A stretch of 64,000 bases of DNA. Source: Azolla caroliniana (Eukaryota; Plantae; Polypodiophyta). The translations under genes were made by a program, and so were the position numbers. The notes beneath the pieces are model-generated. The model was given only the letters and a program-made list of their open reading frames with translations, made no database searches and was not told where the DNA came from. This document shows, one piece after another, positions 1 to 11,588 of the stretch (position 1 is its first letter; the number at the start of each line of letters is the position of its first letter). Location: contig JBHGNT010000021.1 in the NCBI GenBank assembly GCA_043228905.1, positions 8,804,001 to 8,868,000 of the forward strand, given 5' to 3'.

Positions 1-1352
1 ATTTGGAGGGACGTTTTGGGAGGAGGAGACTATCGCCAATTTTCCTTCGAAGCTCTTCATCTCCTTATTCACCACTTTTCTTCATCTCATACCCCTTCAT
101 CCCCCCATCGCCACGTGCTCGTGAGCCCAAGCTTCGTTGGCTCGGCGTTGCTCCGCCCCGTTCGTCGTTGTGAGCCCGTGTGCTTGCCCTTCGGGTGGTC
201 GTGGTTCGTTGGGATTGGCATATTGGTGGGGCTCGTGTGTTCGTCTTCGCCGTGTTTGGTTTTGCCTTGTCTCTAAGGGCATTTAATATTTATGTTTTGA
301 TTGAGCTTGTGGTTAACTATAAGTTGCCATTGTAAAAAAAAAACCCTATTTTATAAAGGGTCCTCTTGCATTAGAATCAAACACGTATTTAACTCTTTGG
401 TCAATATTGTTCGTGTTTCTTTCTCTCCTTCTTTCTTTATTCGTGTCTTTCTTGTACGTTCGGCCGTCTTGTGACGAGGGGACCGTTCGGGCTTGCCCAT
501 GCACCTCTCCTCCTCATAAAGGCGTACGAGCATTTGTATGTGTGTTTGTGTCTTCCTTGTACGTTCGGCCGTCTTGTGACGAGGGGACCGTTCGGGCTTG
601 CCCATGCACCTCTCCTCCTCATAAAGGCGTACGAGCATTTTGTGTGTGTGTTTGTGTCCTCCTTGTACGTTCGACCGTCTTGTGACGAGGGGACCGTTCG
701 GGCTTGCCCATGCACCTCTCCTCCTCATAAAGGCGTACGAGCATTTGTGCGTGTGTTTGTGTCTTCCTTGTACGTTCGGCCGTCTTGTGACGAGGGGACC
801 GTTCGGGCTTGCCCATGCACCTCTCCTCCTCATAAAGACGTACGAGCATTTGTGTGTGTGTGTTTGTGTCTTCCTTGTACGTTCGACCGTCTTGTGACGA
901 GGGGACCGTTCGGGCTTGCCCATGCACCTCTCCTCCTCATAAAGGCATACGAGCATTTTGTGCGTGTGTTTTGTGTCTTCCTCGTACGTTCGACGTCTTG
1001 TCACGAGGGAGCGTTCAGGCGCGCCCATGCACCTTTCCTCCTCATAAAGCCGTACGGACATTCGTGTTTTTGTTATCGTCCCCTTGTGCGTTCATGTTGC
1101 GTGCTCATCTTGCTTGTACTCGTTTGGTCACTTGGCTCGTACGGTGATCTCGGAAGGTCGACGAGTCGTGATCAACGAGAGCCACCGGCCTCACAAAACA
1201 AAAGGGGAACGAGACCTTGCTCGGGAAGGGGTGGGGAAGTAGTATTGTCATAAAGCAAACCTCGGGTGGTCTTCTCTATCCCTTGAGTACTCCCTAGTCC
1301 GAGACCCCCGTGGTCCCGCCCAAGTAACACACGCGCGCGAAACTTCGCGACA
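1..1352 (+). repeat. Gypsy (Trp-primed family) LTR, 5' part runs off the window or is undefined
   Basis: Ends with the family U5 motif gtccgagacccccgtggtcccgccc and terminus cgcgaca (1352), followed by acgt. The left boundary is not visible. Confidence 0.6.
451..1065. repeat. Tandem repeat, about 106-bp unit, about 6 copies, inside the LTR
   Basis: Unit ttgtacgttcg(g/a)ccgtcttgtgacgaggggaccgttcgggcttgcccatgcacctctcctcctcataaag... recurs near 452, 557, 663, 768 and 875; the copy near 982 is diverged. Confidence 0.95.
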
Positions 1353-1554
1353 ACGTTGCCGGTGATGTTTTCAGTCCAAACATCATGACCACTGCAACGA
1401 ACACTCCCCACTTTGTGACGAACGCTGTCTTTTCCTGGTCCGCCGGGTGCATCCGAATTTGATTGTATCCACCGAATCCGTCCAAGAAACTGTATACTTC
1501 GTGACTGGCGACTGTATCTAATACCCCTGTCTCTGAATGGTAGCGGAAAAGCGT
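1353..1554 (-). pseudogene. pol: Gypsy non-chromovirus reverse transcriptase fragment
   Basis: NAFPLPF...DGFGGYNQIRMHPADQEKTAFVTKWGVFVAVVMMFGLKTSPAT; frameshifted and bounded by two LTR ends. Confidence 0.85.
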
Positions 1555-1902
1555 TGTCGTGAAGATCCATCACTACACGCAGATCGTGAGGCGGAACCAC
1601 TGGGGTTCTGGACCGAAAGGACTCGAAGTTTGCACTAGCTTTAGCGAGAAAGGAATTAAGATAGATTGAAAGAGAGAGAGATTGAGATAAGATAGAACAC
1701 TTGACTTTAGATTGAAGAACAAGATTGATACATCAATTGGATAACGAATTTCTTACTTTTAATTTCTTGATTAATATATCGCTCTCGTTTTTCTTCTTCA
1801 TCCACTCTTTTATAGACGCCCCCATGCATATGATGCATGTGAGGGTACAAGACATGCATTGAATTCATTGAATGCATGTGATGCATGTTTGCCATTTGGC
1901 GC
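1555..1902 (-). repeat. Partial LTR (3' half) of family K, inverted
   Basis: Reverse complement is similar to 3590-3972; terminus tgtcgtgaag at 1555 with flank gcgt. Confidence 0.8.
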
Positions 1903-3972
1903 TATCGTGAAGATTTTTGGCAATGGTGTGAAAATCACATAAAACGTACAAAATCAAGTATGAATCACATAAAACAATAATAGTGAAGATAAAATCAAAG
2001 AACTGAAGGCCGAAACTAATACATACGGCAAAAGACGGAAGCTGGCGGCGAGGAAGCAAAGGTTAATATTGATTCGCGCAACGACGGCAAGGAAGCAAAG
2101 ATCAATGTTGATTCAAGAAACATTAAGATGGAAATGGCTAAGTGCGGCATGAGAAAGGCAAACGACAGAAATGTATGGGTCCCTCCACACTCTTTCCGGA
2201 GACTTGGGCTTTAACCGATGTAAGACACAAGAGAAGGATAGTGACGGGGAAGAAGTAACGGTTAAAGCTGATGCATGCAACGAAGAATTTGCGCAAAATA
2301 TGGCAAGGGATGGTGGTGGCCAAGCGAGCCATGAGGATTTGACGGATGTGATCAAGACATCTATCAAAGACACTAATGTGAATGAGTCAAAGTGCCTTGA
2401 GCAAGGAGACGATCGAGACAAAGGCGGAACATTTATGAGACTTAAACGATTATCCTTAGGAAGGGAGCAAGGGGCCATGACAACAAGTCATGGTAAAGCA
2501 AAGAAAAGACGAATGATATGGTGGATTGGCTGGCATCCATGATTCGAGTGCAAAGGAAAGGACATGCTCGATGTGGAGGAGTCATGCTGATCACCATTGC
2601 CGAAATCTCACTTTCTCTCTTCTTGGCACGTACTAGAGGACGTGCGGTTTGGTGGGGGTGGATGTCGTGAAGATTTTCGGCAATGGTGTGAAAATCACAT
2701 AAAACTTACAAAATCGAGTATGAATCACATAAAACAATAATAGTGAAGACAACATTTTAAATAAGTTTAATATCTAAGTACAAAATGATGGAGGTCTTCA
2801 AGAACTTTCGAATGCACTTTATTGCACGAGAAACAAACAACTAGATGTCAAGATATGAGGGTATAAAGTTTGTGAAAGGAAAAGAGAAAACTGTGAGATA
2901 TCCCACATAGGCACGACAAATACGGCTCTCATCATATATAAGGTAGAGCAAAACCTATTATTTTTGTGTCTATGTGTGGAGCATAGAGAGTTCAAGGTAA
3001 CTTGAACTAAGAGTGGAGGTGGCCTAGCACTCGTAAAGGTTTTGGCCAACCAAAACCGGTCCGGTGATGGAGCCGGTGCTCCGACGGTAGCCGACAAAGT
3101 GACGGTGGCAAACCGGTGATCCGACGAAGTCGGCGAGCCGGTGGAACTGACATCCGGACGTGCACCGGTGAGGCGGCGGCCACCGGTAACCAGGGGCATT
3201 TGACGCCGGCGAGGTGACGACATCTGGTGGCGCACCAGTAACTGGGCGCATCCAGCGGCGTCCGACACCGGCGAGGCGACGACAGCCACCAGTAATCGAC
3301 AACATCCGGCGCCGGGGAGGTGGTAGCCATCGGTAACCGGCGGCATCCGGTGGCGATTAGATAAATAAATATATAAATAAATATATATACATATACATAT
3401 ATATGTATGCAAGGAAGGCAAGTAAGGATTCCAACCTTGCACCTCCAAGTTAGGAGTCAATTGGCTTACCACTAAGCCAAGATATTTAGTTGAAATTATA
3501 TTTCTATCATTGTACTTTTACATATAAATTCTCATACATGAGAACTAAAATGAGTGACATGGTTATTATGCACCACATGTAATACATGAGCGCCAAATGG
3601 CAAACATGCATTTTATGCATGTCTTGAACCCTCAAATGCATGAGGGCATCTATAAAAGAGGGAATGAAAAAGATCAATGGGGGATTCTTTGATAATAATA
3701 AAAAAGCTTTGTACTTTAAATCAAAATTAATATTAAGAAGAGAATTTGTTATCCTTTTGATGATATACCTTGTTCTTGAAATCTAAACTCAAGAGTTCTT
3801 AATCTCTCTCTCGATCTAAAATCAAGCGTTCTATCTTTTCTTTGTCTCTCTCTCTCTTTCAATCTATCCTAAATACTTTCTCACTAAGCTTGGTGCGAAC
3901 TTCAATCCTTCCAGTCCAGAACCCCGGCGGTTCCGCCTCGCGATCCGCGCCTAGTGACGGATCTTCACGACA
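1903..3972 (+). mobile_element. Deleted or non-autonomous Gypsy element K: LTR stub (1903-1989), short internal region, PPT, full 3' LTR (2663-3972)
   Basis: 1903-1989 matches 2663-2749; ggtgggggtgga precedes 2663; the LTR has inverted ends tgtcgtgaag...cttcacgaca. Flanks gcgc and acgg do not match, so this may be a composite. Confidence 0.7.
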
Positions 3973-5205
3973 ACGGCACACGGAGGTGCCGAGAACGAAA
4001 CACGCGCGCACGTAGACGGACTACGCGGGATGGAGACCGGAAACAAGATCGAGGTCCGAAGGAGGATCCTCCACACTTGCTTCGGAGATCTCGGCGGCTC
4101 AGAAGGAGTGGCAACCACGGGTGTAGCGTACCAGACCCGAGACAACAAGCTGGTGGGGGCGAGGGGATGACGGCGAGCAGAAGGTTCCAAACCGGTAGCA
4201 GCAACGCGAGACGAAAGTGGCCAAGCGGGCTACCACGAGGTATTCCTCGGATGCGGAGGACATCGATATGCGAAGAGGGGAGCGTGCATACGACCGAGTG
4301 AAGGGCCAACAATGGGGCACGCGTACTACGGGGTCGCATCGAATGACCTATTGGTGGGACGAATGAGCCTACGGAGAGGCAAGCGGCACGAGGATGAACC
4401 AGATCCGGGCAACATGGATAGCAAGGACGACCGGTTCGGAGCGATTGGTGATCCGACGAACAAAGGGTAAGTGCGGGCCGGTCTTCTCCGGCAAGAGTCT
4501 ATTTTGGCGCATACCAGTGGATGCGCGGTTAGGTGGGGGTGGATGTCGTGGAGAAAACGGTCCCTAGGCTGAATCGAAGAATATCAAGAGAATTGGTGGT
4601 GTGCACCATGTGCACTTACCCTTGTAAAAAAAAACGTGTGAATAATAGGAGTTAAGTAGGGACAAAGGATCCCATGTAAATCAGGATTTATCCCACATTG
4701 TAACGCATCTCTCTCCTTGTTCTATAAAAGGAAGGGATGGTCCCTTGTAGAGGGGTTGCCCATTTTTTGAGTCATAAGGGTATACTGTTTTGTGTTTCTT
4801 TCTAGGGTTAGCTACATTCTTTCCTTTCTTCTTCGTTTCTTTTCTGCTCCTTCTCGAGGAGTCGAGCAGTAGCTATAACGACAAGTTGTTAGGTTAGTTT
4901 CTCTTCTTTTGTGCGTAGCCGGCTCGAGCCGTGGTTGTATCTTCCCCCCCCCGCCCCCCCCCCCCCCCTTTTGAGGTTTGCTTCTGCTCGGTTCTGTGCA
5001 AGACCCTGCTCAGCGCGACAGCCCGTGAGCTCCCTGACGGGCGGCTTGGCAACCGACTACGGTTGCAACCTACCTTGGTCCGGCTCGAAGCCGAATTTGT
5101 ATTATTTCCCCTGTAATATACACATTTGCTTTTGTTTGTGCATATCGGTGTACTTGGTGGTGTCGGAAGCACAACCCCTTTGCTTCCTATGCAAAGGAGT
5201 CTGCG

Positions 5206-5282
<77 letters not shown>

Positions 5283-5392
5283 TGGTTGCCTCCGGAACGC
5301 GATCGGAATCGTCTTCTCGACTTCCCTTCTTCTCAAGTCCGAGACCCCCGTGGTCCCGCCCTTTCTACACGCACGCACGTAACAATGCGACA
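3973..5392 (+). mobile_element. 3' end of a Trp-family Gypsy: degenerate integrase tail, PPT and 3' LTR (4544-5392)
   Basis: 4380-4543 is similar to 62368-62525; the LTR runs tgtcgtgg...aacaatgcgaca with the U5 motif at about 5337. Confidence 0.8.
5210..5279. repeat. (CA)n(CT)n compound microsatellite inside the LTR
   Basis: Directly visible. Confidence 0.95.
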
Positions 5393-5694
5393 CCGCGGGT
5401 TAAACGAGAGTGTAAAGAAGGGGAGGATTACTTTTAATCCTCGGGATTGAGACAACCCATTAGGCCAAGTGTGAACTTGCCTGGGGGCATTGGGTCTCGC
5501 TATAAATATGAGGCCTAACTACCCTCACTTCATCATCTCTTGACTACGTCGAGACTTTATTTCATGGTGGGTCAACTCTTGAAGCAAGCATGCCAGCACC
5601 AAGTAGACTTGACGCCACGACGATGGTATGGGACGCCGATCGAGGCTCGAGTTCGTTCCGATCCCTTCAGTCGGGGGTGGTCGGGTGGATCGAC

Positions 5695-6451
5695 ACAAAA
5701 AGAGAAATGGACAGAGGTATGGCTACGTCGCTCCCGGTGGAGAAGCTCGATAGAACCAACTATGCATCTTGGTCATACAAGATGCACCAGTACCTGCTTG
5801 GGCATGGCTACTGGCGTTATGTCGACGGAGTGAACGACTCAACACCGGAGACGACACACAAGGACTTCCCAGTGTGGGAACAAGTGGCAAGCAGGGTGAT
5901 GTACTGCTTCCCGTCCAGTGTCGGTGACCAGTTGCTCAGCCATATCCGTGATGCCAAGACACAGAAGGATGCTTGGGGAAACTTGAAAAAGGTCTTCGCC
6001 GCAAGCACCCTGCCCGGAAGCTGCAACTCAGACAGGAGTTGAGCAATGTTCGACAGAAGAACATGTCGGTGGCAGATTACACAGACCGGATCAAAGGGAT
6101 TTGTGACTCGCTTGCCTCTATTAACGTGAACGTAGAGGAAGACGAGATGGTGCAGGTCTGTCTTGGAGGCCTGGCGTCCAAGTTCGGAGCTTTCCGGACT
6201 GCGGTTTGTATAAGGGAGAATACGCCCTCATTTTTCGACTTACAGTCAATGCTCCTTGTAGAGGAGAACCACGCCAGTGCATCTACCAGTGCATCCCTAG
6301 ACAACCGGATGCTGTACACGGGAGCGGATCGGTCCCAAGGGCGTGGTGGACGAGGCAGGTTGGCACGCAATGGAGGCGGCCGGCAAGAGCAGGAACGAAG
6401 GCAAAAAGGGCCACAGGGAAAGCGAGTGCTGGAGAAAGCGTGCCTATTCGG
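5695..6451 (+). pseudogene. gag: Copia family B gag fragment
   Basis: MDRGMATSLPVEKLDRTNYASWSYKMHQYL, near-identical to 49322 onward; frameshift near 6010; about 105-bp deletion at ggca (about 6400) that removes the start of the zinc knuckle. Confidence 0.9.
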
Positions 6452-9352
6452 ATATACTTTCCCACTTATTATTGGGAATGTCCAAGGGATGTAAAAGTCC
6501 TGCGGCTTTAAGTTGCTCGGCTTTGTTAACCTGACATTGGTGACATTTAGTCACATAGCTATGTATGTTAGGGCGCATCTTAGGCCAATAAAATTGAGTG
6601 GAGATGAGAATGAGTGTACGATGTATTCCAGGGTGCCTTACTGAGGGTGCATCATGGCATTAAAAAAGAATCCTCTTTTTGACCTCGGGTAAATCTAGAA
6701 CACAAACCTTCCCATTATGGTAGAGCAGACCGTTAGCAATGTGGAAGTATTCCTTCGGGGATGTGGTGGTGTCTGTTCCAGACTCAACTCTTGCTCAGTA
6801 TTCTGCAAAATAACTGTCATCAGGATACTTTCCTCGAAGGTGATCATAAAGATCCGATGTTATTTCAGTGAAGCTAAGCATGTTAACTTCACGGATGCGA
6901 CTCAGCGCATCAACGACAATATTCATGGAACCTTTACGATATCGTATGGAAAAATCAAAGTCCTGGATGAGATCAACCCATCATGCCTTACGACCTTTCA
7001 GGTCTTGTCGGTCACAAAAATATTTCAAGGACTCGTGGTCCGTAGTTACCACAAAGCGATTTCCATAAAGATAATGGCGCCATGCTTTGAGCGCCTGTAT
7101 AACTGCAAATAATTCCATTTGTTGAACGGTATACCGACATTGAGTAGAATCAAGTTTCTTACTCTCGAATGCTATTGGTTTACCATCTTGATATAAGACA
7201 ACACCGATAGCATAATCGCTTGCATCGGTTTCAACCTCAAAAGGTTTTGAAGGATCGGGTAAAAGAAGTGAAGGAGCCTTGCATACCAGGTCCTTGAGTT
7301 CCTTAAAGGCGAGGTCTAGTGTAGCATTCCAGACAATAGGTTTTGTAGACTTACGCTGTCGTGCCTTTCGGCTCCGGATCGTTGCGTGAGTCGGGTGGGA
7401 ACCACAGAGGTCTTGGACTAGGAGAAAGAAGTTCGTGAGATAGAGATTAATTATGAATAAATAGCGAAGAGAAAGATAAGAAACTCGTGAATCACACGAG
7501 TATACTATATTAATTGGTACTTAGGGTGTTAAGAGAGAAGTAGATGTATAAATCGTGAATCCCACGAATAATTTTTGTATTGATTAATACTTAATCCAAA
7601 TAATCAACAAAAACTACAATGTGCTCCCCATCCTTATATAGTAATGGGAGAGACTAAGCATAGCTACATGCTTTTTCTCATATGTTCATGCACACTAAAT
7701 GTGCATGTGATGCCTTTCTAATCCTTGCTTTTATTTGCTAAATATAGTGCTCATGCACGCTAGATGTGCATGAGTCACTTTTTTTAGTTGCTTGCGTTTT
7801 TCTATAAAATATTCACGCACTCTAAAAATGCATGATTTACCTTTTAATAAAGGTAGGCGCAAATAAAGGACTTATAGTTATTAAATCTATTTATAGGACA
7901 CTAAAGATAAGGTAGCATAATGGTAAAGTTGAGGTTTGGCTACGTGGAGGTGCAGAGTTCGAATCACGCCCTGCGCAGTAGTGAGTATTTCTTTTTTTTA
8001 ACATTTATGTCTCTTTATCCGGCTCTTCCTTGCCGGTATGCCGTTTTCTTCCTTGCCGGTATGCCGTTTTTCCTCCTTGCCGGTATGCCGTTTCCCTCCT
8101 TGCCGGTATGCCGTTTTCTTCCGGTTCTCACCGAGCACTCCATTCTCTATCCGGAGGGACAAAAATATAATTTCCACATAGTGTGCAACCTACACTACGA
8201 CAACGCGTTTGACCTTTTAAAAGATCAGTAAACGGTATTGTCAATTGGTAGTAATTATGAAGGGATTTTCGCAAAAACCCGACAAAACCAAGGAATGATC
8301 GAACTTCTCAAATATTCCGAAGAGTGGGCCAAAGCTTGATTTTCTCGATGCAAGAAGGATCAATTTCAACACCTCGTTCGGTTATGAGATGTCCAAGGTA
8401 AGTAATTGATTTCTCAAAGAACTCACATTTTGAGATCTTCGCATAAAACTGTTTGTCACGCAATGTTTGTAAAACAAAGCGGACATGTTTAGCATTTTCG
8501 GGTAATGTACGGCTATAAACTAAAATATCATCCAAGAAAATAATGACAAATTTGCCAAGTTGTTCTCGGAAAATGTCATTCATTTCTTGTTGAAATGTAG
8601 CCGGAGCATTGGTCAAACCAAAAGGCATAACCAAAAACTCATAATGGCCATAACGCGTACGAAATGCCGTTTTAGGAACATCATCCTCACTTATACGAAT
8701 TTGATGGTAGCCAGTACGGAGATCAAGTTTCGTAAAATACCGAGCTCCCTGGAGACGGTCAATTAGATCGTCAGCCCGGGGCAATGGATACGAATTCTTG
8801 ATCGTCACTTTATTCAAGCGTCGGTAATTAATACACATACGCCATGTGCCCTCTTTCTTTTTAACCAAGAGAATTGGTGCACCCCATGGAGATTTACTAT
8901 AACGTATATAACCCATTCGTAAATAGTCCTTGAGTTGCTTTGATACCTCATGCTCTTCAGATCGACTTAAGTGATAAGGAGGTATACTTATTGGTGCAAT
9001 GCCAGGCACTATATCTATACGATGGTCTATATTACGTTTAGGAGGTAAGCCATCTGGTAGTTCACTCGGAAAAACATCACGAAAATCATTTAAGATTTCA
9101 TCAAGTTGCTGTTGTTCAAAATATGTTAATTGAACCGAGACATTATTGATATTGTAAACGTGAATGTTCAGATCAAGTACACAATAAAATAGAGCAGAAC
9201 AAGACAACTCGGATATTGATGGACATGAGGAAACAATCAAGAGGGATTGTTTTTTTACACATTGAATAAAATGAGTACAATCGTTAAGTACAAATGTAAT
9301 TGAATGATGAACCCAATCAATAGATAAACAAGAGTTTTTATTATAAAACCAT
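6452..9352 (-). pseudogene. pol: Chromovirus-type Gypsy pol fragment (end of PR, RT, RH, start of INT), split by a solo LTR
   Basis: RT: [43 protein letters not shown] (8308-9100). RH: PFEVETDASDYAIG (about 7205-7250). INT zinc-finger region at about 6450-6660. Confidence 0.9.
7357..8202 (-). repeat. Solo LTR, Trp-family Gypsy, 4-bp TSD acgc
   Basis: tgtcgtg...tacgaca flanked by acgc (7353-56 and 8203-06); contains ccttgccggtatgccgttt four times (8028-8118). Confidence 0.9.
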
Positions 9353-9804
9353 TGTAAAAAGTAACGTGCGGAAGCAAGTATGAAGACCGAATAGAAGGAA
9401 GAAAACTCAGGTTTAATGGAGAGCTTGAGCTCACGCAGTATACGCGGGAGAGACAGAGAGAGTGAGAGAGAGAGAAAACACAAGAACTATATTCAACAAA
9501 AAGTACTCAATCTCTATTCACCACTCTATACATATGTGTGTTCAATGAACACTTTTATACAAGTCCTAGAAGGGCTGACCGAAGTACTGACAATACTTCA
9601 ATGCTCATTAAGAGCTCCTACACTAACTCCCAAATATATTCCTCACGAAATATCTTTCCTAACGGCCTCCCGGTTTACACACCGATCCGGCCCTACCTAC
9701 TCACCGGTCTGCGTACCGGTTTACGCACTCGACCTAACCGATCGGTCCCAACCGATCTGGTCCTCGGCTTCTTCAGCTGATCCGGCCGATGTTGAGCTTG
9801 TCTC

Positions 9805-11588
9805 TCAACACTCCCCCTCAAGCTCAACTTGAGGCTCTTCGGGATCTTCGGGCTCACAACTCCGGTTCCTCCTGGCTCCACACCTCGCTCGCGCTCCACG
9901 ACCTGTTCGTCTCCGCGCGCTTCGACCCTTCCAGTTGACTTGTCTGCTCATGTGGCCCTTATCAGGTGTTCTGCTGTTGCGGTGTTGACGCTTCTCCTGC
10001 TGCCTTTTCTTCCGCTTGGGCCTCGGTTGATTCAGCGTATCTGAATCAAACATTCGAACCGACTCGGCTACCTCCGATCGGTTTTTGCCCTCGTCTGAGT
10101 TGGCTGTCTCCAACTTGTCTTCGGTTTTCTCGCCCTCGATGGCGTCATCTTCCCCATGCGTGGTTGGCTTCGGCTCTCTCCTTCGGCTGCTCCCCTTCTG
10201 TCCGCTTCCAGACTTTTCCGCGGGTCCGCCCTCGGCTTCTTCAGCCGATCCGAAGTCGAACTCGACAACCGAGTCAACCGACTCGGTGTCGCGGTCTCCG
10301 CTCCTTTCCTGCTGCCTTGCTTGGTTGTTCGGGACTGTTCTCCCCCTCAAGTTTGGCACGTCGAGGTGACGCAATCCGAGCGCACCTGAGAATTGCTGCA
10401 ACTTGTCCAAACCAAGAGGCTTGGTAAAGATGTCGGCAGTCTGCCGATCCGTCGGAACGTACTGAAGTTCGACTTCACCGGAAAGGACATGCTCACGGAC
10501 GAAATGGTAGTGCACCTCAATGTGCTTGGTCCGTGCATGGAAAACGGGGTTCTTCGCGGGCTGGATGCTGCTGAGGTTGTCGCAGTAGATCGTCGTCGGA
10601 TCTGACACCTCCTCTTGTAGGTCCTTAAGTAGCCGCTTCAACCGCTCCTCGGTACTCAGCTTCGGTGCTCGACAGTGCAACTGTCGGCTGCTTCTTACTG
10701 CTCCACGCGATCGCGGCACTCCCGAGGGAGAACGCGTATCTGGACGTGGATCGGCGATCGGCGGCGTTGCCAGCCCAATCAACATTGGTGTAGCCGACTA
10801 GCTGTGCGGCTGCACCGGTCCGATATAACAGTCCCCGGTCCTTAGTGCCGTTGACATACTGAAGTATGTGTTGTGCACACTGAAGGTGCTCCTCGGTAGG
10901 TCGTGCCATGAACTGACTGATCACTCCGACTGGATAACTAAGGTCGGGTCGGGTGATGGTCAAGTATATGAGGCTTCTGACAATTTGTCGGAACCTCGTC
11001 GGGTTGCATACCTTTCCCGTATCGGGACGAAGCTTGACGGTTCTGTCCAGAGGAGTCGAGACGGACTTACAGTCGGCCATCCCGAATTTGAAGAGCATAC
11101 TTAGCACGTAATGACGTTGGCTAATCAATATGCCTTCGGGGGTAGGGATCACTTCGATCCCGAGGAAGTAACGAAGGTCCCCCAGATCCTTCATGTCGAA
11201 CGATGCCGCAAGCTGGAGCTTCACGCAGTCGATTTCACCTAGGTCAGCGCCGGTGATGACCAAGTCGTCAACATATAGTAAAATACTAACTGGTCCGAGT
11301 CGACCTTTCCGGATGAACAGGGAAGAGTCCGATTTTGACGTGACGAAGCCCATCCGACGCAGTTGTTGCGTGATCTTCGCGTTCCAGGCACGCGGGGCTT
11401 GCTTCAGTCCGTAAAGGGACTTCTTCAGTCGGCATATTGCCGAGGAGTTCGTTGCAGAGTGAAATCCGGGGGGCTGTACCATGTACACCTGTTCCTCAAG
11501 GTCACCTTGCAGGAACACATTCTTTACATCCATCTGATGTGAGTGCCACCCCTTCACCGCAGCTACTGCGAGCAAAACACGGACGGTC
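9805..11588 (-). pseudogene. pol: Copia C RT (3' part), RNase H and C-terminal extension
   Basis: QMDVKNVFL, SLYGLKQAPRAW, YVDDL, SSTEAEY, HARTKHIEVHYHFVRE; frameshift or deletion near 10630. Confidence 0.9.

Noticed and set aside
451-1065. CRISPR-like array or repeat-protein genes
   Set aside because: Whole units repeat with no unique spacers and no cas genes; the ORFs are by-products of the tandem repeat.
2171-2542. 123-aa ORF as a host gene
   Set aside because: It lies between an LTR stub and a PPT, has no recognisable domain, and is probably a retroelement remnant.
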